Shown here in pieces: positions 25,593 to 32,000 of a stretch of 32,000 bases of DNA. The notes under the pieces are model-generated. The model saw nothing but the letters and a program-made list of their open reading frames with translations. It searched no databases and was not told the DNA's origin. The DNA is from Candidatus Saccharimonadota bacterium (lineage in GTDB: Bacteria > Bacteroidota > Bacteroidia > Cytophagales > Amoebophilaceae): positions 300,001-332,000 of the forward strand of contig NZ_OZ239769.1 in NCBI RefSeq assembly GCF_965196625.1. Reading direction: 5' to 3'. The stretch's first letter is position 1, and each line of letters opens with the position of its first letter. Made by a program: the position numbers and the translations under genes.

Positions 25593-26882
25593 ATGAATTC
25601 CCCAGGCAAGGCTACATCTGATTCAAAAGGAAGATTAAGAAAGCATATAGAGAAATTATCCAATGATATTGGTATAAGAAACATAGAAAACTTACATAAT
25701 TATGAAAAATTAAAGGAAGCTGCTGACTATATTTACAACTCATTTAAAGAGTTAGCTTATGAAGCAGAAAAATATGAGTTTAAAGCAACCTTCAATGGTA
25801 ATGACTTTTTGGTTTCTAATATAGAGGCATATATTAAAGGGGATTCAAAGGATACCATTATTATAGGTGCTCATTACGATACAGTGAAGCGATCCCCAGG
25901 CGCAAATGATAATGGTTCAGGTGTTGCATGTATGCTTGAAATTGCACGTCAATTAGCTCCTAAAAATAATCAGGGTCGGCGGCCTGAGAAGTCAATAAGA
26001 TTTGTTGCTTTTCCTAATGAAGAATCTCCATATAGCTATGACTTAACTCATCATTCACTCGACACTTCTCGTAAAGCGCCTAAGGCGGCACATAGAGGTC
26101 CTAATATGGGTAGCATACAGTATGCTAAACAAATAAAGGCGCAAATGGAAAATGGGGAAATAAATGTAATTGGCATGATATGTTTGGAAACAATAGGTTT
26201 TTATAGTGATAAAGCAGATAGCCAAGGCTTTCCAGATTTTTGTTCTCTAATATCTAAATGGTGTCCTGGAAAGGTCACACGTTTTTCCCCATTTAAATGT
26301 TTTCCACAACTTAGATGTGGTGCCTGGGTATTTAAATGTATCTATCCAACGACGGGGAACTTTTTATTATTTGCAAGTAATAATAAATCAGCAGGTTTTT
26401 TAAACGATTGTTACGAAAATTTTGATGGTAATATTCGTACGGGAGGTTTTCCTAAAGAAAAGATCTCTTTACCACCATGTCTCGTTGGAGATCTTGGACG
26501 TTCTGACCATAAATCATTTTGGATACATGGAATGCCTGCTATAATGTTAACGGATACAGCAAATTTTAGACATCCTGAGGATTACCATGAACCTTCAGAT
26601 CAATCTGATAAAATTGATTATGTTAGTTTAGATGAAGTTACAGTTAATGTAGAGTTAATGATAAGAAAAATGATAGGGTATGTAAGCAATGTAGAGGATG
26701 AAGTAGTATTACAGCAACCATCTTCTTCAAGGAGGCAATCTCCTATAATGATACGAAGCAAAGCAAAGAGTAAAACAAGTGAAGGAAATGAAACATGGAC
26801 GCAACCATCTTCTTCAGATGAAAGTATGCAATTATTAAGAGGAGTAAAAAAGAAAGGCAAAACGAATAAGAAGGTTAAATAA
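25593..26882 (+). CDS. M28-family zinc aminopeptidase with Cys-rich insert and Ser/Lys-rich C-terminal tail
   Basis: M28 metal-ligand blocks are present in the canonical order: IIGAHYDTV (His), PGANDNGSGVACMLE (Asp), FPNEES (Glu-Glu) and GRSDHKSF (His). The upstream out-of-frame lipoprotein signal peptide is described in the findings. Confidence 0.8.
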   Translation: MNSPGKATSDSKGRLRKHIEKLSNDIGIRNIENLHNYEKLKEAADYIYNSFKELAYEAEKYEFKATFNGNDFLVSNIEAYIKGDSKDTIIIGAHYDTVKRSPGANDNGSGVACMLEIARQLAPKNNQGRRPEKSIRFVAFPNEESPYSYDLTHHSLDTSRKAPKAAHRGPNMGSIQYAKQIKAQMENGEINVIGMICLETIGFYSDKADSQGFPDFCSLISKWCPGKVTRFSPFKCFPQLRCGAWVFKCIYPTTGNFLLFASNNKSAGFLNDCYENFDGNIRTGGFPKEKISLPPCLVGDLGRSDHKSFWIHGMPAIMLTDTANFRHPEDYHEPSDQSDKIDYVSLDEVTVNVELMIRKMIGYVSNVEDEVVLQQPSSSRRQSPIMIRSKAKSKTSEGNETWTQPSSSDESMQLLRGVKKKGKTNKKVK

Positions 26883-26911
26883 CGGTTTTTTGTTATTGTC
26901 CTAAGTAAACC

Positions 26912-26948
26912 ATTAATAGAAATGTCAGTTGGCCGCACACCACTAATA
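26912..26948 (-). pseudogene. ectopic mnmG 3' fragment, distal piece (left of the IS insertion)
   Basis: The minus strand reads ISGVRPTDISIN..., against [12 protein letters not shown] in the real MnmG C-terminus. The DNA aligns with about 12707..12745. Confidence 0.8.
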
Positions 26949-28280
26949 GAGTTTGTAAATAAAATTGTGTAAATGCTTATTATTAACTAATCTAACGGAT
27001 TAAATCGTTAGTTATAAATGAGTCATAAGCAATGGAACAACAACAAATAAATATAGATCCAAATCTACTAAATGAATTGTCGAAGTCTATTAAGAGTGAA
27101 AAAGATTTAGCTATTCTCAGCAAGCAACTATTAAAAATCACGGTAGAACGTGCTATGGATGCAGAATTAGAGGATCATCTTGGCTATGAAAAGCATGCTA
27201 TAGAAGGCAGGAACACGGGAAATAGCCGTAATGGTTACTCTCCTAAGCGATTAAAGGGTGATTTTGGCGAAATGGAAATTAATACGCCACGTGACCGAAA
27301 CAGCACGTTCGATCCTCAAATCATTCGCAAAGGGCAAACTCGCTTCACTGAATTTGATGAACAAATTTTGGCTCTTTATGCTAGAGGGATGACTACCAGA
27401 GATATTTCAGATACATTCAAAGAGCTGTATGGTACAGAGGTATCACACAGTTTAATTTCGAAAGTAACTGAATCTGTTATTGAGGAGATTACTGTTTGGC
27501 AGAATCGTCCATTAGAAACAGTATATCCCATATTGTATTTAGATTGTATCGTTATCAAGTGTCATCAAGATAAACGCGTAATCAACAAATCAATTTATTT
27601 GGCATTAGCCATTAATTGTCAAGGGCAAAAAGAATTACTTGGTTTGTGGATAGCAGAAACCGAAGGTGCAAAATTTTGGCTCTCAGTATTAACTGAGTTA
27701 AATAATCGTGGCATTAAGGATATTTTTATTGCTTGTGTTGATGGATTAACCGGATTTCCAGATGCTATTAATACAGTATTTCCAAAAACCAAAATTCAGT
27801 TATGCATTGTTCATCTTATTCGTAATTCGTTACGTTATGTACCCTATAAGGACATGAAGTCCGTCGCATCGGATCTTAAAGTTATTTATCGCGCTATTTC
27901 TCTTGAGCAAGCGGAAGAAGCACTTCTTATTTTTAGTGAAAAATGGGATAAAAAATATCCAGCTATTAGTCGTTCATGGCATAAAAATTGGAGCAACATT
28001 ATAACTATTTTTGACTATCCTGATGAAATACGAAAAATTATTTATACGACCAATGCCATTGAATCACTCAATAGCGTTATTAGAAAATCTATCAATAACC
28101 GTAAAATTTTTCCTAATGACCAATCTGCATTAAAAGTAGTATATTTAGCCATACAGAAGGCATCACAAAAGTGGACTATGTCTTTACATGATTGGAGAGC
28201 GGCTCTGAATCGATTCGCTATCGAATTTGAGGGAAGATTCTCCTAAAAAACGGCACTTACACAAAATAATTTACAGGCTC
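26949..28280 (+). mobile_element. IS256-family insertion sequence, full-length copy B with 8-bp target-site duplication
   Basis: Same 1332-bp element as copy A. It is flanked by the direct repeat CACTAATA at 26941..26948 and 28281..28288. The real mnmG has this sequence only once, as CACTAATG. Confidence 0.93.
27032..28246 (+). CDS. IS256-family (mutator-type) transposase
   Basis: 404 aa, identical to the 4545..5759 product. Confidence 0.92.
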   Translation: MEQQQINIDPNLLNELSKSIKSEKDLAILSKQLLKITVERAMDAELEDHLGYEKHAIEGRNTGNSRNGYSPKRLKGDFGEMEINTPRDRNSTFDPQIIRKGQTRFTEFDEQILALYARGMTTRDISDTFKELYGTEVSHSLISKVTESVIEEITVWQNRPLETVYPILYLDCIVIKCHQDKRVINKSIYLALAINCQGQKELLGLWIAETEGAKFWLSVLTELNNRGIKDIFIACVDGLTGFPDAINTVFPKTKIQLCIVHLIRNSLRYVPYKDMKSVASDLKVIYRAISLEQAEEALLIFSEKWDKKYPAISRSWHKNWSNIITIFDYPDEIRKIIYTTNAIESLNSVIRKSINNRKIFPNDQSALKVVYLAIQKASQKWTMSLHDWRAALNRFAIEFEGRFS

Positions 28281-28512
28281 CACTAATACGTGAAGCTTGT
28301 TCTAATGTAGTAGGCCTTTTCTTTTGAAGTTTTTCTAATGCTTCTGTAGAGAGGGCCTTTATCTTTGTATAATCAAAATCAGGTGGAATTATATAATATT
28401 CTAATCGTTCCATTTTTTCTACAAGCTCCTTCTCTTTTAGAAAATAACTTTCGTATTTAAGCTGGATGCTCACCTGTTGAAGCACCTCTTGTCCGTAAGT
28501 AGATAGGGCATT
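28281..28512 (-). pseudogene. ectopic mnmG 3' fragment, proximal piece (right of the IS insertion)
   Basis: It reads ..[78 protein letters not shown]. The real MnmG reads ..[81 protein letters not shown] 28243..28545 is a chimera of this fragment and the IS end. Confidence 0.88.
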
Positions 28513-28990
28513 ACCTTTATGGGTTTCCATCCATATCGAATCCATATCGAAAAGGTACCTGCCCCTGTGGCAGCTAGGTTAAGCACCATTTGCTTTAAAT
28601 TTAGCCTACGGCCTTTGCAACAACCATGCATAATCTAAAATCATCTAGCATGCTTTCAGTTGAATCATATCGAATAACTACCTTTAAATCTTTTATTGCT
28701 GTAAATCAAATAAATAAATACAGAACTGACGTTAATACAACAACCAATATAATATTTTACCTGACAATCAATAGATTATATCAATTAAACTGATGCCATT
28801 GGGTAAATAGACAGGTTAAAAACCTACAATAACTCATATAAAACCATGATTTAGCATTTGACACATTATGGTTACAAACATCTTTAAACCAGCTATTTAC
28901 TGGCCAATTATAGATACAGATCGTCTACACTGTTTTCCTAAAACACTTGATTTTAATTAAATTAGGCACCTTGGATGCTTAGTATTACGT
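28508..28990. repeat. segmental duplicate B (non-coding block upstream of the flippase gene)
   Basis: Partner of 23946..24420. It contains a diverged U-module copy at 28724..28802 (partner at 24151..24229). Confidence 0.9.
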
Positions 28991-29121
28991 AAAACATTTA
29001 GAAGCAAACAAGCTAAATGATGTCAAAAATACCTTAGCAATCCCTTCTATTTATACTAAAAAATGGCTGTCCACTCGGGCCAACAATAACGAATACAAAG
29101 TACAATATCTAATAACCCACC

Positions 29122-30621
29122 ATGCACAATACAGTTAAAGCACTTGGTAAAGAAACCATTGTATATAGTATAATCAACATCATCGTACGCGGGTGTGCTT
29201 ATTTCTCTTTTTTACTTCAAACAAGCGTGCTAACGCCCAGTGCATATAGCATTATTATAGAATTTTATAACAGTTACATTCCTTTAGGCCATGTGATCTA
29301 TGATCTGGCTATGGATATGACCTACTTTAGGTTTGTACCTAGGTTAGGCAAACCATATACTTTCAATATAATTATAACTATATTACTGATTTCCAGTGTT
29401 ATTTTTTCAGGCTTACTGATCCTATGTACCCCACAAATCGCAAAGCTAACCAACCACTTAGCCCACATACGTTATTTTTATTATATGGCTGGTATTCTTA
29501 TGCTAGATACCCTACTCATGATTCCCTATGCCAAGCTACGTCTAGAGAAAAGGACCTTTTGGTTTCTATTGGTAAAATTTGTACAGGCTTTTGCTGGTAT
29601 TACTTTTTCGGTTCTTTTCTTTTATTGCCCTTCCTCTTTAAGATGTATAGAATATTTAATAGGTAGTTCTTTTAATGTAACGCTACATTTAAGTAGCGTA
29701 GATGCTGTTTTTATGGCTAATTTGCTCTCTAGCCTAACCGCTTTAGCCTTGCTGTTACCAAATTTTAAAGGCTTCCATTTGGTTTGGCATAGGCGCACCA
29801 TGAAAATGATAGGAGGGTATGCAGCAACCTCTTTTTGCACAACGCTATTTTTTAAGATCAATGAAATACTACCTCTGTCATTGTTTCGGAAATTGGTTCC
29901 TCATAACTTTTATAGTACGCATACAAAAGAGGAAATACTAGGCAACTTTGGTACTTCCTGTAAGTTAACTTTGTTTATAACACTAGGGATTCTGGCTTTT
30001 AAATATGCTGCAGAGCCATTCTTTTTCGCCCACTCAGATCGCAAAGAGGCATTAAGCTTATATAGTCAAACGATGCACCTATTCATACTAGTATCGTGCT
30101 GCTGCCTCTTGCTTTTTAGTTTAAACATAGATTGGGTTGCAAAAATTCTGATCCCGCATGCAGGGTATCGCCATACCATTGACACAGTACCCTATGTAGC
30201 ATTTGCCCATATTGTTTTAGGGGTCTATTACAACTTTAGTGCGGCCTTTAAATTGAGCAATCATCCACGATACAATACTTGGATCAGTGGATTGGGTAGC
30301 TTAGTCATTTGGCTTACGGCACTGCTATGGATACCGAAGCTGGGCCATTGGGGCTGTGTATATGCCTCTATAAGTAGTGCCACAGTTATGGGACTATTGG
30401 GCTATTATATAGGTCAAAAATGTTACCCAATCCCTTACCATAAACAGGGTTTTGTACTACTTGTATTTACCTTTTTCGCATTGGGAAAAATTGCTTTATG
30501 GCGCGCTAAACTTGCTTTTTTAGGGATAGGATGGGCCTATATATTGCTTCATATAACCATTCTGACCCCTTTTTGCATCATAGCCATTGCATGGTATAAG
30601 TCTATTCAACCTAAGAAATAA
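29122..30621 (+). CDS. MOP-superfamily (Wzx/RfbX-like) polysaccharide/oligosaccharide flippase
   Basis: 499-aa protein with roughly 12-14 hydrophobic helices. Its length and N-terminal pattern are typical of 'polysaccharide biosynthesis protein' flippases. The assignment rests on architecture, not on a specific motif. Confidence 0.5.
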   Translation: MHNTVKALGKETIVYSIINIIVRGCAYFSFLLQTSVLTPSAYSIIIEFYNSYIPLGHVIYDLAMDMTYFRFVPRLGKPYTFNIIITILLISSVIFSGLLILCTPQIAKLTNHLAHIRYFYYMAGILMLDTLLMIPYAKLRLEKRTFWFLLVKFVQAFAGITFSVLFFYCPSSLRCIEYLIGSSFNVTLHLSSVDAVFMANLLSSLTALALLLPNFKGFHLVWHRRTMKMIGGYAATSFCTTLFFKINEILPLSLFRKLVPHNFYSTHTKEEILGNFGTSCKLTLFITLGILAFKYAAEPFFFAHSDRKEALSLYSQTMHLFILVSCCCLLLFSLNIDWVAKILIPHAGYRHTIDTVPYVAFAHIVLGVYYNFSAAFKLSNHPRYNTWISGLGSLVIWLTALLWIPKLGHWGCVYASISSATVMGLLGYYIGQKCYPIPYHKQGFVLLVFTFFALGKIALWRAKLAFLGIGWAYILLHITILTPFCIIAIAWYKSIQPKK

Positions 30622-30637
30622 TAATGTATTTTTATAT

Positions 30638-31822
30638 ATGCTAGCAGTCAGAAAACACATTGCCTCCTTTCCTATATGTAAAGTGATCTTTATAATTGGC
30701 GCCTTTCTATTAGGCACTTTTTGGTATAATGTCTATTGGCCATCATTCCCTTGGTTTACAAGATATATACAATATATACACACGCAAAAGTATAAGCGGG
30801 CTACCTTTGCAGAAAAGATAGCCGCTATTGACTTTAAAGTAGGAAAGTGGAATACCCCCATAGAGCTATTAAAATCAAAAGACTTTCAAGCAATTTACGA
30901 GCATCCTACCTGTTATTACCAATCAGCGCAATACTTTTTAGCCCATCCTTGCTATACCCATAACCAAAAAAAGATCGTTGCGCATGCCTTATTTTATTTG
31001 CCCACATCTTTTTATAAGGATTGGTTCAATACCTGTTTGCAGCTTTATAAAAAAGGCAAAATAGATAAAGTACTTTTATCGATTATTCAATCTTATACTG
31101 ATCTACAACCGACTGCTATTCAATCAGATCAGTCCAGTTTATACTACCTTCCAAAACCTCAAAGGAGATCAGTGGAGCAAACTATTGATAATAGCCTGCT
31201 AGCAGCAATAGATCACTATAGGAAAAGTAGAGACCGATGGGGTGTTCCATTCAGTTATGCTGGCTATTGGGACATATATGGCTACCCTGACTACTATTCG
31301 GATTACTCTAATTATTGCGCTATATATACCCACCCTGATCATTATATAGAAGCACTAGCTGACTATTTGGTGCGTCACAATAAATGCAATAGTGCGCTGC
31401 CTGAAGATGATAGTATCTCTAAGGAGCATGCTATCATTCGCATCAAACCACATCTATCTCCTTCTGGCTATGCGCAATGGGTAGCCATCTGCTGGAATTA
31501 TTATACAAAAGGATTAATATCTTGCATGCAACTATATAGTATGGTGGTGTGTGACAATTATATGCGGGAAAGGTGTCAGATAGGTGTCACACACCCTTAT
31601 GTAGTTAAATATTATAAAGATCCTACTCTACAGCATATTGTAGGTGCAATCCAACGAGATCCAAGATTACCTGCTGCTATTAGAATAGAGCTTATTCATT
31701 TAACCAGTGGTTTTTCCAAATGGCGAAACAGAACCAATTCTGAAATCATTGCCCTAACAGGTGACAGACCTTTTTTCTTTCATGAAGATTTACATGGAAT
31801 CTATATTCCCATTAGTAGATGA
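30638..31822 (+). CDS. unknown membrane-anchored protein with internal duplication (Tyr/His/Cys/Trp-rich)
   Basis: An ATG at 30638 (MLAVRKH...) avoids overlap with the flippase gene. It has one N-terminal TM helix (VIFIIGAFLLGTFWYNVYW) and two related modules (AIYEHPTCYYQSAQYFLAH...YKDWFNTCLQLYKKGKI and AIYTHPDHYIEALADYLVRH...YAQWVAICWNYYTKGLI). I recognise no family. Confidence 0.6.
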   Translation: MLAVRKHIASFPICKVIFIIGAFLLGTFWYNVYWPSFPWFTRYIQYIHTQKYKRATFAEKIAAIDFKVGKWNTPIELLKSKDFQAIYEHPTCYYQSAQYFLAHPCYTHNQKKIVAHALFYLPTSFYKDWFNTCLQLYKKGKIDKVLLSIIQSYTDLQPTAIQSDQSSLYYLPKPQRRSVEQTIDNSLLAAIDHYRKSRDRWGVPFSYAGYWDIYGYPDYYSDYSNYCAIYTHPDHYIEALADYLVRHNKCNSALPEDDSISKEHAIIRIKPHLSPSGYAQWVAICWNYYTKGLISCMQLYSMVVCDNYMRERCQIGVTHPYVVKYYKDPTLQHIVGAIQRDPRLPAAIRIELIHLTSGFSKWRNRTNSEIIALTGDRPFFFHEDLHGIYIPISR

Positions 31823-32000
31823 TTAAACAAAATAAAATGATTGATTACAATAGTAAAGAAGAAAAACGATTAAATCATCCAGTTATCAAATCTATTAGGT
31901 ATGCTATCCTAGGCTCCTTTTTATTTGGGCTTGGTCGTGTGACCGAGTGATGGGTAATCCCTCCTATAGAATATAAATTTATCAAACAAAAGTTAGCTGC

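Noticed and set aside
28243-28545. 100-aa ORF called as a gene.
   Set aside because: It is a chimera. It starts in the non-coding duplicated block, reads through the mnmG 3' fragment and terminates inside the IS256 right end.
1418-30717. Short ORFs from the six-frame track lying antisense to or inside much longer, well-supported genes: 1418-1645, 1432-1653, 1928-2152, 3389-3658, 5233-5415, 27376-27558, 8044-8232, 10710-11000, 11799-12020, 13651-13869, 14015-14320, 15988-16227, 16476-16763, 17449-17634, 18018-18272, 22667-22957, 26618-26938, 29424-29666, 29622-29861 and 30520-30717.
   Set aside because: These are shadow ORFs of recognisable genes. They have low-complexity or odd composition and no recognisable motifs. 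ORF 26618-26938 merely runs from the mnmG fragment antisense through the peptidase tail.
1-32000. CRISPR arrays, tRNA and rRNA genes, integrase/att sites, toxin-antitoxin pairs and retron- or DGR-like structures.
   Set aside because: I scanned for regularly spaced direct repeats, tRNA T-arm/acceptor patterns (GGTTCGAATCC-like) and small adjacent ORF pairs, and found none. The only regularly recurring repeats are the dispersed core-motif modules, which lack CRISPR-like spacing.

Overview
AT-rich bacterial chromosome segment. The ParA-ParB-DUF5683 block, a small HsdR_N-domain protein and a TAnnTTTG-type -7 box point to Bacteroidota. Ankyrin-repeat proteins, identical and decayed IS copies, and gene fragments suggest an obligate intracellular symbiont of the Amoebophilus/Cardinium kind; this is inference only and not verifiable here. 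Positions 0-17 kb are mostly housekeeping: a BPL_N-like protein, uppS, tmk, a metal-ABC permease, an HsdR_N protein, NUDIX, htpG, DUF5683, parB, parA, mnmG, ndk and lipB. Two signals there are absent from the ORF track: a perfect 16-bp parS palindrome just upstream of mnmG, and a candidate SRP (4.5S) RNA downstream of htpG. Positions 17-32 kb are accessory and decaying. They hold two ankyrin-repeat genes (one frameshifted), three paralogous HTH/coiled-coil proteins, and IS1595-like and IS1634-like wrecks. They also hold an M28 peptidase cut off from its own lipoprotein signal peptide by a 1-nt slip, a Wzx-like flippase, and an unknown internally repeated membrane protein. Two intact, apparently identical IS256-family copies (1332 bp; 8-bp TSD on one) and one truncated copy are present. 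Positions 23.9-24.8 kb are a deletion derivative of 28.5-31.5 kb. There is also an ectopic diverged mnmG 3' fragment and a modular intergenic repeat family built on a 17-nt core. I found no CRISPR array, no tRNA or rRNA genes, and no coherent multi-gene system I could defend as a new defence or secretion system. The best novelty candidates are the repeat family, the HTH trio and the unknown internally duplicated protein.
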